This document shows positions 1 through 21,480 of a DNA stretch of 64,000 nucleotides, piece by piece. Within the stretch, counting starts at the first letter, position 1, and each line of letters opens with the position of its first letter. Location: the NCBI RefSeq assembly GCF_009914755.1, contig NC_060939.1. One strand, written 5' to 3'. A program made the position numbers and the translations under genes. This stretch comes from the human T2T-CHM13v2.0 reference genome, Homo sapiens. The notes beneath the pieces were generated by a model that did not search any database, had not been told where the DNA came from, and saw only the letters and a program-made list of their open reading frames with translations.

Positions 1-1279
1 GCCATCCAGTTCCTCTCCCAGTGTCTCCCATTTTTAAGAGACAGCTTTGTTAAATCCTACTGAATTTTTCCTACAGTGCAATCCTAGATTTTAGCAAATA
101 CAAATTATTGGAACCAATTCTAGTCAATGAAGAGTGTTAATTTTGATCAATTGACTGTTAACTCCATTTTACATGGAGTAGATTTGTTATTGTTTAAAAC
201 TTACTAATACTTGAGAGAGGAGAAGATGATATTCCTCCAAGATTACCTTTTTCTTCAGACAGACACCTCAGAAAGAACCCTTTTAATACTTCATTTGTAC
301 TGCATTTCTTCAATTTGATTTGATTGTAATGGCTCTTAAGTTAGGTCAAACTTAAAGGGGCCATTTTACAGTGAACAAAGTGAGAGTAAGTCCAGAAAAG
401 CCTGCATGTGAGGGTGGGGGTGCTTAACTCCAGATAAGTTACTTGAATTTGCTGTAGAACACAAATGATAGATTGTGTGGTTGCGGGGCTGGCACAAGGA
501 TAGAGGAAAATGCTCTCCTTTGGGGAAGAAGAGTGTTATGGCAGGGCCATTTCTCTGGTTATCTGGCAAGAAGATCAGATTAGAATGCCTAATAGGGAAA
601 CTCTAAACTTAACAAAGGGTAAACAAAAGGGCTAGTGGTAGAGGCAGGCAGCATGGAAGAGGAAGGGACCAGACAGGTGGTTTAGAGATGGTCTGTGAAA
701 CAACCCATGGAACTGTGAAGTGTTTCATTTATTCAACAAGCAGTTATTGAACCCCTGTTCATATGCCAGATACTTTCCTAGGTGATGGGGACACAAAGAT
801 GCCTTAGAATGGTTAGGAAGACATTCTAGTAAAAACAACGAAGTAACGGTTTAAAAAAACTCAGAGCAGCTCAGTCATGCCTTAGGAGAGTGTGCAGAGT
901 GCTTGGAGGAGCTTAATGAGATGGTACAAGGATTCAGGCATGTTTTACCTGCTAACTTCCACCCTGCTCTCTGCTGGTGTCCATCTCCATGTTCACTTTT
1001 ACAGCCTACACCTTTCAGTTCAATGAAACTTTTGGCTACCCTCAAACATGCTGTACTGTCACGTTTAAATAATTTTGGTTTTTATTGCCAATTAGCCTGG
1101 AAGTTTTATTCTTTTGAATTAATCTTCACATGTTGAAATTTGCCAGAATGAAAATAAAGATTTGGCCAGGCATCGTGGCTCACGCCAGAGTGGCCAAGGC
1201 AGGAGGATTGCTTGAGCCCAGGAGTTCGAGACCAGGCTGGGCAACATAGTGAGACCCTGTCTCTATTTTTAAAATTTTA

Positions 1280-1688
<409 letters not shown>

Positions 1689-2352
1689 GTGAGAACGGAT
1701 CATTAGTATCCAGTTAGAACATCTTCCTAGAAATTGCTCAATACAAAGAATTAGAAAACAGAGTTTTGGACAACACAAGTCTCCTGAACAACTGGCCTTC
1801 AATCAGTGGCCCAGAGCAGTGCAGCATTGCTGAGCTCTGTGCCAGAACCCTCTGTGTTGATCTTTCTGAAGAGACACAGCCAGAGTTATAAGAGGTGTTC
1901 TTTCCTCTTTCATCGCTTGCTCTGAGCATACAAGTGGCAGCACTGTAGTCATACAGCAACCCTGAGGGGTAGTCATGCAGGGTGGGGACTAGTTGTTATC
2001 CTAGGTTGCTGCTCTGACCACACAGTCCAGCCCTAGTGTGTGTGTATGTCCCCAGCCAGCAGTCAGTTCCAGGTGAGTGAGGTTGACATGAGATAGCCAC
2101 GCCATCTTGAGAGGAACAGCTCTGTCAGGTTGTTAGGGTGGTCGGAGGCATGCCCCTTTGCTACTAAAAAGCCTTTTCAATAATCTGTGCCGAAGCAGTA
2201 ATGCATAGTCTCTCAGAGCTCTTAAGCTTGTGCCATTTGCCTTTTATGTCTGGTTCTTTCCTCAGAAACTCAAGCTCTTTGTTCTGCCTGTTCACAGCAC
2301 ACTTAACAGTACTGTAAGTCTCTGATTCATTTCTTTGTTTCTGCCCTCCTAG

Positions 2353-2400
2353 GCAAATGAAAGCTACTGACACTGCCACCAGAAGGAATGTCAGAAAAGG
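2353..2400 (+). CDS. KNSTRN: KNSTRN coding exon (GQMKATDTATRRNVRKG)
   Basis: ctcctag| ... GG|gtgagc; 48 nt, phase-compatible with neighbouring exons. Confidence 0.95.
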
Positions 2401-3278
2401 GTGAGCATCAGGGTAAATCAACTTGGCCACTATTCTAGGGTAGTGGATCTCAATCCTTGGTTCTGCATCAGAATCATTTGTGGGACTTGTTTACTGTGTT
2501 AGGGTCTGGGTTCCACCTCAGGAACCTGAGTGGAATTTTCAGGGGTGAGGCACAGCTAGGTGTAAGAACCATTGTCAGTGCAAGAATCACTGGTGCTACT
2601 ATCTTGTGTCTCAAGCAAGAGCTTTTTGGACTCCACGCCAGGACCACTGCTGATTGGAAATCACACTTAGCTATGGCCCATCAACAGGAGGGTAAAGCCT
2701 TCAGGAGAGGAAGGGCTGGGTGTATGTAGTTAGTGATCTCGAGATGAAGATTCTGGTGGTGGTGGTGGTGAAAACCTGGAGAAGGATTCATGTCTCATCT
2801 TTGAGGCTAGTTTGGAAGTTTTGCACTATCAGAAATAGAAATAATAAGCTGAAAAGTCTGTACAAATAGGTTTTAGTTCCAGATCTATTATTTGGGCATA
2901 TCTTAAAAGTTTTGAAGACAGCAGGGCACACCAGCTCACACCTGTAATCGCAACACTTTGGGAGGCCAAGGTGGGTGGATCACCTGAGGTCAGGAGTTCG
3001 AGTCTAGCCTGGGAAACATGATGGGACCCCATCTCTACTAAAAATACAAAAATCAGCCAGGCATGGTGGCGCATGTCTGTAATCCCAGCTACTCAGGAGG
3101 CTGAGGCAGGAGGATCACTTCATCCCGGGAGGCAGAGATTGCAGTGAGCCAAGATCACGTCATTGCATTCCAGCCTGGGTGACAGAGCAAGACTCTGACT
3201 TACAAAAATAAAAAAGTTTTGAAGACAAAATACTAGCAAAAAAGACTGAGAACTTTAAGAAAAAACTCTAATATTGGT

Positions 3279-4085
<807 letters not shown>

Positions 4086-4330
4086 ATTGGTGATATTAGA
4101 GTTTATTAGATGATAAACTAACATTAGATAATAGCCCAGCTACTGGGCTAAGAAATGCACACGTGTTTTCTCTCTTATTACTCATAATAATAATACTATG
4201 AGATGTGGGTATTGTCCTGATTTCAAAAATGAGGAAACAAGGCCTCAGGGAGGTTATGCAACTCACTGAAGGTCATATACCACTGTGTAATAGCCAGGAT
4301 AGAATGGGACGTGTTTGTGTAACTCTGTAG

Positions 4331-4501
<171 letters not shown>

Positions 4502-4698
4502 TGACTAATCTTTTGTAATTTTAGTAGAGACAGGGTTTCTCTTATTTTGGTCAGGCTGGTCTTGATTTCCCGACCTCAGGTGATCTGCCTGCCTCAGCCT
4601 CCCAAAGTGCTGGGATTACAGGCATGAGCTACCGCACCTGGTGTGGGCCATACTGTTAACCCTTTTATCTTTTCATGTAAGTACAACTATTATTACAG

Positions 4699-4804
4699 CT
4701 ACAAACCACTGAGTAAGCAAAAATCAGAGGAAGAGCTCAAGGACAAGAACCAGCTGTTAGAAGCCGTCAACAAGCAGTTGCACCAGAAGTTGACTGAAAC
4801 TCAG
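4699..4804 (+). CDS. KNSTRN: KNSTRN coding exon (YKPLSKQKSEEELKDKNQLLEAVNKQLHQKLTETQ), coiled coil
   Basis: ttacag| ... CAG|gtaaga; visible inside ORF 4643..4897. Confidence 0.95.
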
Positions 4805-5028
4805 GTAAGAGACCCACCAGAGCTCTGTTACCAGCTGCCACTGGGCGATCCACATGGAATCCTGATGGGTGGCCCCTTGGATGAGCAAGCTTGTTAATGC
4901 ACAGATGCCCAAGGGCAGAAAAAAAAAGCCAGGCTTTTGCTATGGCTGTCCAAGAGCAAGGGCAAGAAAGGGCAACCACCCCTAGGGAGTTGGACAATTC
5001 CTGATCTGTCTGTGCTGTGCTCCAATAG

Positions 5029-5122
5029 GGAGAGCTGAAGGACCTGACCCAGAAGGTAGAGCTGCTGGAGAAGTTTCGGGACAACTGTTTGGCAATTTTG
5101 GAGAGCAAGGGCCTTGATCCAG
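5029..5122 (+). CDS. KNSTRN: KNSTRN coding exon (GELKDLTQKVELLEKFRDNCLAILESKGLDP)
   Basis: caatag| ... CAG|gtaaga; frame continuous. Confidence 0.95.
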
Positions 5123-6685
5123 GTAAGAGACAGCACACAGCTAGCCTCCTTTGAAGGAATTGGTGCATGTGCCCCTTCCGGGGTTGATCTTGGCAGCATG
5201 GCATCAGCTGGCCCAGTATGTGCAGGGGTTACTTTCATAAAGCCCTAAAGATTTTGGAAAGCTTCTGTTTGTTTTCATGTGATGTTGATTTTTGCCTGGC
5301 CAATAGGATTTCAGATGATTATAGAGAGAGGGTTATCTCTTTCTTACCTGAACACTTTATGCCATTCATTTAGTGCCAACAGGTATGACCTTGCAAATAG
5401 ATGAGAAACACTTTGTTCCTTTCAAGGGAGAACATTTTCTGTCTCTTCCTATTTGGGAAAGTTACTAGTGTGCTTGAAAGGAACATTTTGTTTGAACATG
5501 CTCTTCCTTTCAAGCATACTAGTAATCCCAAATGGGAAGAGAAAGAAAATACTATTTCAAGCATTCTTAAACCTGGTTAATCATCAGAATTACAGTGACT
5601 AAAATATGACTACTATTCTGACCCTGTCCCCCAGAAAGCAGTATCTGTAGCAAAGAGAGCAGAAGAAGGAATTGCCCAAAGACTGTAAGAGGGCCTCAGA
5701 CTGAGTCAAAGAGCCAGAGAATGCCCAGGAAAGGGGCCCAGGCCTTTTTGTATTAAGGAATACTGACTTTGAATGTTACTGGTTAATCTTTAGGTTACAG
5801 TTGAGGATATTCTTTTTTTTTTTTTGAGATGAAGTCTCATTCCATTGCCCAGGCTGAAGTGCAGAGGTGTGATTTCGGCTCACTGAAACCTCCTCCTCCT
5901 GGGTTCAAGTGATTCTCCTGCCTCAGCCTCCTGAGTAGCTGGGATTACAGGCGTGTACCACCACACCCAGCTAATTTTTGTATTTTTAGTAGAGATGGGG
6001 TTTTGCCATGTTGGTCAGGCTGGTCTCAAACTCCTGACCTCAAGTGATCTGCCTGTCTCGGCCTCCCAGAGTGCTGGGTTTACAGACATGAGTTACCATG
6101 CCCAGCCTAGGATATTCTTTATAGTCACCATAAATATATATGTTTTTAAATTTAAAATTGTTTATTTTTTTGAGATGGGATCTCGCTATGTTGCCCAGGC
6201 TGGCCTCCAACTCCTGGGCTCAAGCAATCCTCCCAAATAGCTGGGACTACAGGTGTGCACCACCACATCCGACACCATAAATATTTTGTATGATTTTAGT
6301 TTATTACATGCATGTGATATTACCGAAAGTAATAATTTTTTAAGGCCTGAAAGGCTCTTAAAAATAGCTTTGTGAATTGTGAACAAAACCAAAAAAAATC
6401 CAACCTATACATTTCCTTTGGACAAATTGTCCACTGACCTAAGGAGAAAGTATACCGAATTTTTGGCCATATCAAAACCTAGATTGAAAGGAGATAAAAT
6501 ACAGTTTTGCAGGGCAGATATGGGTGACCCTGCCAAGGTGAAAACTTAGGAGAAAGTCCAGGATGAGACACTTAAGAGAAATTCCCCTCATGAATATTTC
6601 TGTACTTGTCCACGGAGGGTTTTTATTTTCTTTTGTTTAGGGTGTGTAGTTCCCTAAGTGAGATTGACTTTGTTGTATCCATCAG

Positions 6686-6747
6686 CTTTAGGCAGTGAGA
6701 CCCTGGCATCACGACAAGAATCCACTACTGATCACATGGACTCTATG
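6686..6747 (+). CDS. KNSTRN: KNSTRN coding exon (ALGSETLASRQESTTDHMDSM)
   Basis: catcag| ... ATG|gtgagg; 62 nt. Confidence 0.93.
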
Positions 6748-7141
6748 GTGAGGGCATGGGTGTGAAAGGGCACAAGGGCTGAGTGACTGTGGGGCTCTGT
6801 AAATCTAAGAAGGTCTCTGCTATATATTCCATAAACTCCAAGAAACAGCCTTTGATTATCTGTGATGCTAGAAAAGAGAAATGGGATGTGTACTCAAAAT
6901 AGCATATTTTACTTGAAAGGTAGCTTTGTGCTTACAAATATAAGTGAGTCTGAATTGAAAATTTAAAACACATAATAGGTAAACCTGTAGAGAGAGCTTT
7001 CTCGTTCTTCTGTTCTATACTTTATCAAATTTCTCTCCTGACTCCTTTGTTGAGAACTGTGTGGAAAGGATGTTAGCCATCATCTAATGCAAGTCTGGTT
7101 TTATATGAAGATTTGTTTACTACATTGTGCTTTCCTCTTAG

Positions 7142-7216
7142 TTGCTGTTAGAAACTTTGCAAGAGGAGCTGAAGCTTTTTAACGAAACAGCCAAAAAGCA
7201 GATGGAGGAGTTACAG
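7142..7216 (+). CDS. KNSTRN: KNSTRN coding exon (LLLETLQEELKLFNETAKKQMEELQ)
   Basis: ctcttag| ... CAG|gtgaga; 75 nt. Confidence 0.95.
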
Positions 7217-7380
7217 GTGAGAGGCAGACATCACCCTGACCATTTCCTACCATGATAGGTAGATTTATAGTGGGGTCTTTTCTGTTTTTCTATTTATTTT
7301 TAATAAACTTTCTAAATAATTTTAGATTTATAGGAAAGTTACAAAGATAATACAGAAAATTTACCCTGATAGTAACGTGT

Positions 7381-7552
7381 TTTTTTTTTTTTCCAACTTT
7401 TAAGTTCAGGGGTACACGTACAGGGTGTGTAGGCTTGTTACACAGGTAAACGTGTGCCATGGTGGTTAGCTGCACAGATCATCCCATCACCTAGGTATTG
7501 AGCCCAGCATCCATTAGCTATTCTTCTTGATGCACTTCCTCCTCCACCCCCA
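7381..7552 (-). mobile_element. 5'-truncated old L1PA 3' end inserted into an older L1M fragment (~7300-8210)
   Basis: Poly(T) followed by aagttcaggggtacac...; degenerate TSD atagtaacgtgtt / atagtaacatctt. Confidence 0.7.
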
Positions 7553-7601
7553 ATAGTAACATCTTACATTATCCTGGTACATTTGTCAAAACTAAGAAAT
7601 C

Positions 7602-8104
<503 letters not shown>

Positions 8105-8387
8105 AGGAAAAAAATTTTTTAAAAAACAGACCAACATCAGTACATTACTATTAACTATATTCCAAGTCTTCATTTGGATTTTAGCAGTTTTTTCCACTAA
8201 TTTTTTTTTTTCTGTTACCGAGGCTTCTTGCAAATGTTCACATCACCAAGGCATGAGGCAATGTGTAACACAGTAGGTTGCTCAGAGTTGGGAATTGAGA
8301 ACTATATGTAATCCATTCTATGGAAACTTGATAACTCAAGGAGAAGACCTGTAGTAAGCACAGATTCTTTGGTCTGGACTGTTTCAG

Positions 8388-8426
8388 ATTGCTTGGATGA
8401 ATCATGGGATATTGCACCAAATGTAG
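8388..8426 (+). CDS. KNSTRN: KNSTRN alternative C-terminal exon (IAWMNHGILHQM*)
   Basis: gtttcag| acceptor in phase 0 after the 7142-7216 exon; AATAAA at 8510-8515; agrees with my recollection of a shorter KNSTRN isoform. Confidence 0.7.
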   Translation: MAWMNHGILHQM

Positions 8427-8663
8427 AGGATTTCATCGTTCCAGTTTAGATACAGGAGTCTAGTCCCTCTCTACTACTAGAGGGACAATTCCTAAAACCA
8501 GTGCATAGAAATAAAATCTAAAATAGAAGATACAGTCTGTTGATACTCCAGTGGTCTTCCTTAGTGGAATAGGAGCATAATGTTCTGATGTGGGAATTGT
8601 GTTTCCTGTTAGTCAAGAGTTTTGTGTATGTGTTGTTTTCTTTTGGAATGTCTTTCCATGCAG

Positions 8664-8792
8664 GCCTTAAAGGTAAAGCTGGAGATGAAAGAGGAAAGAG
8701 TCCGATTCCTAGAACAGCAAACCTTATGTAACAATCAAGTAAATGATTTAACAACAGCCCTTAAGGAAATGGAGCAGCTATTAGAAATGTAA
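8664..8792 (+). CDS. KNSTRN: KNSTRN last coding exon (ALKVKLEMKEERVRFLEQQTLCNNQVNDLTTALKEMEQLLEM*)
   Basis: catgcag| acceptor; TAA at 8790-8792. Confidence 0.95.
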   Translation, partial: ALKVKLEMKEERVRFLEQQTLCNNQVNDLTTALKEMEQLLEM

Positions 8793-9318
8793 GAAGAAGC
8801 AAGTGGCCAGATGGCTCCCTCTTGGGCATAAAATCTCAGAGGAAGCTACTTAGGACATCATCTTGGCCATGATCTTCTGGGACTCACCATCTCCAGAATG
8901 AAAACAATTTCTACAGTAGACTTAAGGACAGTTTATGCTGAAATGGCAATTCCTCATTTAAGCAAGTTTTCCCAACCTTCAGGTTGGTCAGCCCTCCTGA
9001 GCCTCACAGGTGGATAATTGAGGCCTACAAGAGAGGGGAGCCTAGGAGCTTGGATTGACCTTCTAGTCAACCACCTGACTTCAGCACACCATTACAATCG
9101 GGAGACTAAACCAACAACCAGAGGATCTAAAATGTCACATTCAGATTTTCAGGAAGAAAATCTTCATTACAGTGGAGCACAAATGTTCCATACAAGACAT
9201 CATTGAGGAGCCATGCTGTCCCCTTCTAACCTGAAACACATTCTTTCCCATCCTGGTTGGGCTTCTGTACCTCCTTATTAATTTATGAACCTGAAGTTGC
9301 TTGAAGTGTTTTGGGCTT

Positions 9319-9426
9319 AATAAATGGGGTGAAAGTATAGGTAGCAGTAACACCTACATGAAACAATACACCTTGGATCTTTTAATCTAAATTACTTTTC
9401 TTTTTTAAGTCTACTTTTAAAATAAA
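9319..9426 (+). terminator. KNSTRN: KNSTRN polyadenylation signals (AATAAA at 9319-9324 and 9421-9426)
   Basis: Canonical hexamers 0.5-0.6 kb after the stop codon, in AT-rich context. Confidence 0.7.
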
Positions 9427-9625
9427 TACTTCTGTAAATATTCTGACTGTAACATTGAGGAATGAAAATAGCCTTTTAACCTAGATATGTCAGTTGATCA
9501 TTATTGAACTAATTTAGTTAACAAGTCCAAGATATTCTGACTTAATCTAGAATATTTTTCTGCTACTCTTTAAGAGTCCTGTGGCTAGTCCCTCTGTCTC
9601 CCAAGAGCATTGGCTAGTCTCCTGA

Positions 9626-13473
<3,848 letters not shown>

Positions 13474-14048
13474 TGTTGTTGGTGGGCCGGTTCAGGTTCT
13501 TGACTTTGGTGAGCAAAAGAATTTGAGAGCAAATCCAAAGTAAAAGTAGGCAAAGTAGTTTATTGCAAAGTGAAAGTACACTCTTGATAGCTGGGCCAGA
13601 GAGGGCTACTTGAGAATGAGACAGCCCCATCCTACACTGGGGAAATTACCTTTATGAGAAGCTTATATAATTATTCATTAAAGGGTGGGAATGAGTGTTG
13701 CTGTTAAGCATGTTGTGGAAGGTCTTCTGGATGAGCACACACTATTGCTATACATGCCAGTATATACATTGCATGTCTCATTAGCATTGTAATTCTCCAT
13801 CCTGGGGTGTGTTTTTACTGTTAAATGAGTATAGGTCAACCTAAAGACACTGACCAAGGGTTTCTGTCCCTGTGCAAGCTCGAGGTTTTTTCCCCTTTTA
13901 CTCTTTTTCCTCCTTGCAGCAGGATGTTCTGACCACGAGTTCCTGATGCGGTTTGTGCAGCGTTGAGCTGTGCTCTCCATCTGTCTGTTTGGCAAGTATC
14001 TTCTTCCCCTTTAAGTGAGGCTGTGACCAACCTACCTGATCTATATCA
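13474..14048 (-). mobile_element. ERV1-class solo LTR (family not determined) inserted into an AluJ
   Basis: TG...CA termini; 4-bp TSD ACTG at 13470-13473 and 14049-14052; AATAAA on the minus strand; the Alu sequence resumes exactly after the element. Confidence 0.8.
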
Positions 14049-14603
14049 ACTGCACTCCAGCCTAGGCTACAGAGTGACACCCTGTCTCAAAAGATAGTAA
14101 TAATTTATATATTTGGGGATAATTTTAGATTTATGGAAAAGTTGCAAAGATAGTCCAGAGAATTCCCATATACCCCTTCCCCAGCTTCCCCTAATGTTAA
14201 CATCTCACAATACCATGGCACATTTGTCAAAACTAAGAAACCAGCATCAGTAGATCATTATTAACTAAACCCTGGGCTTTATTTGGATTTCATTGGTCTG
14301 TCTACTAATGTAGTTTTTCTGTTTTAGGATCTCGTTCAGGATGCCATATTGTATTTTGTCATTAGTTATTATGTCTCCTTAGTCTCCCCTGGTCAATGAC
14401 AGTTTCTCAATCTGTTTCTGTTTTTCATGACCTTGACAGTTTCAAGGAGTAGCGGTCAGATATTTTGTAGAATATCCCTCAATTTGGATTTGTCTGATTT
14501 TTCTTTCTTTTTTTTTTTTTTTTTTTTTTTTTGATGATTAGACTGTGGTTATGTGTTTTAGGGAAGAATACCACATATGTAAAGTGTACTCAACGCATCA
14601 TAT

Positions 14604-15049
14604 TGAGAGGTGAAGCCAGCTGGACTTCTGGGTCGGGTGGGGACTTGGAGAACTTTTCTGTCTTACAAGAGGATTTTAAAATGCACCAATCAGTGCTCTG
14701 TAGCTAGCTAGAGGTTTGTAAAATGCGCCAATCAGCACCTTGTAAAATGGGCCAATCAGTGCTCTGTAAAATGGACCAATCAGCAGGATCTGGGTGGGGA
14801 CAAATAAGGGAATAAAAGCTGCCCCCCAACCCCGCCACCACCCCCCAACCCCAGCCAGCGGTGTCTAGCAGCTCGGCTCCCCATCCAGGTTGTGGAAGCT
14901 GTTCCTTTGCTCTTCAGAATAAATCTTGCTGCTGCTCACTCTTTGGTTCCATGCCACCTTTAAGAGCTGTAATACCACGAAGGTCCACAGCTTCATTTTT
15001 AAAGTCAGCGACACCAAGAACCCACCAGAAGGAACCAACTTTGCACACG
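14604..15049 (+). mobile_element. LTR12F-like (ERV9) solo LTR inside an old antisense L1M (~14110-15300)
   Basis: Starts TGAGAGGTGAAGCCAGCTGG; four CCAATCAG repeats; AATAAAAG TATA-equivalent at 14811; ends GGAACCAACTTTGCACACG; TSD ATAT at 14600-14603 and 15050-15053. Confidence 0.85.
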
Positions 15050-15322
15050 ATATTACAGGTATATAACATCAACTTGACTTGTTGCTAGTGATATTAACTT
15101 TGATCACTTGGTTAAGGCAGTGTTAGCCGGGTTTCTCCACTGTAAAGTTACTGTTATACTCCTTCCATACTCTCTTTAGAAGTCATCACTAATTCCAGCC
15201 CACTCTCAAGGGGAGTAAGAACTATCTACCTGTCTATATTGTTTGGAATTCTTCTGTAAGGAGGATTTCTGCCTTCTCCCTCCCATTTATTTATAACAAT
15301 ATAAACATGTTTGTTTTTTTCT

Positions 15323-19752
<4,430 letters not shown>

Positions 19753-19827
19753 TATTTAATACATCTTATTTAATATATAGTATAATACGTAAATATGTAC
19801 TATTTAATATTTAACACATATTAAATA

Positions 19828-20454
<627 letters not shown>

Positions 20455-21019
20455 CAATCTAGAAGGCAGCTACTCCTTAATAACCCCTTTCCCATAAAAC
20501 ATGAATCTAAATCTACAAACCTTGTTATATAATAAAGCAAGATGTACTCTGTTATGATCAGTGTGCACGTTAGAGCAAGCACTACTTTTCCGATCTTAAT
20601 TATTCCAGAGATGCTTGACCAATTTACTGGGTACGTGGGCAGTTTTCTGATTGCTGTTTCCACACTCTGCTTTCCCACAGAGAGATTTCCGCAGTTAGGG
20701 GCTGCTATTTCAACGCAGGGAGATAAAAAGAAAAAAACACTTGCTCTTCTACCCCGCTAAAAACACTCATCCTAGGGAGCACGCCAGCATTTGCAGCGTT
20801 CGGGGCAGGGCCACTCGGCCTGCGGCCGTTGCACTGGCTGGAAGCTGGCAGGCGATCACGGTTGATTGGCTCGGGTGCGGTCCAAGGGCAGCAACGCCTT
20901 CGGCGGGCCGCCTAGGGTGATTGGCTGCTGCAGCCCACCCCCTAGCCGGTTTGGTGGGCGGCGAAGCCTGGATTGGTGGAGCTAAGAGCTGGCTCAGTTT
21001 CAGCGCTGGCTCTTCGTGC

Positions 21020-21172
21020 ATGGCAGAGATGGCGACTGCGACTCGGCTGCTGGGGTGGCGTGTGGCGAGCTGGAGGCTGCGGCCGCCGCTTGCCGGCTTC
21101 GTTTCCCAGCGGGCCCACTCGCTTTTGCCCGTGGACGATGCAATCAATGGGCTAAGCGAGGAGCAGAGGCAG
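21020..21172 (+). CDS. IVD: IVD exon 1 coding part ([13 protein letters not shown]...GLSEEQRQ), including the mitochondrial transit peptide; second in-frame ATG at 21029
   Basis: ATG at 21020; donor CAG|gtgagg; 153 nt; matches the human IVD N-terminus. Confidence 0.97.
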
Positions 21173-21188
21173 GTGAGGAGACTGACCC

Positions 21189-21277
21189 CCTTCCTGGCCC
21201 CAAGGCCTCCTTCCTGCCTGGTCCCCAAGGCCTCCTTCCTGCCTGGTCCCCAAGGCCTCCTTCCTGCCTGGTCCCCA
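21189..21277 (+). repeat. 25-bp minisatellite (CCCCAAGGCCTCCTTCCTGCCTGGT) x ~3.2 in IVD intron 1
   Basis: Perfect units at 21198-21222, 21223-21247 and 21248-21272. Confidence 0.95.
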
Positions 21278-21480
21278 TCGGCCCAGCGCCCACCCAGCCT
21301 TGGCTTTTGCCCGTGGGCCGTTGGGAGCGCCAGCGCGGGGGCGGGACGCGGGGCCTCCGACCTCGGGTCCAGTCCTCTGACCTCGGCCTCACGTCTGTGG
21401 AGTGAAGATTTGAGACCGTGGGACAGTACTGCTGGAAGTAGAGAGGAGGAGTCGAGGCTGGGAGAGCTCCTGAGAGACTG

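Larger units (their letters stand above)
20770..21400 (+). promoter_or_regulatory. IVD: IVD CpG-island promoter with three inverted CCAAT boxes (ATTGG at 20865, 20920, 20972) and GC boxes
   Basis: CpG-dense; immediately upstream of and overlapping exon 1; no TATA box seen. Confidence 0.85.

Noticed and set aside
8223-8276. Possible extra KNSTRN terminal exon (ASCKCSHHQGMRQCVTQ*)
   Set aside because: It needs a rare GAG acceptor at the end of an L1 relic and has no other support.
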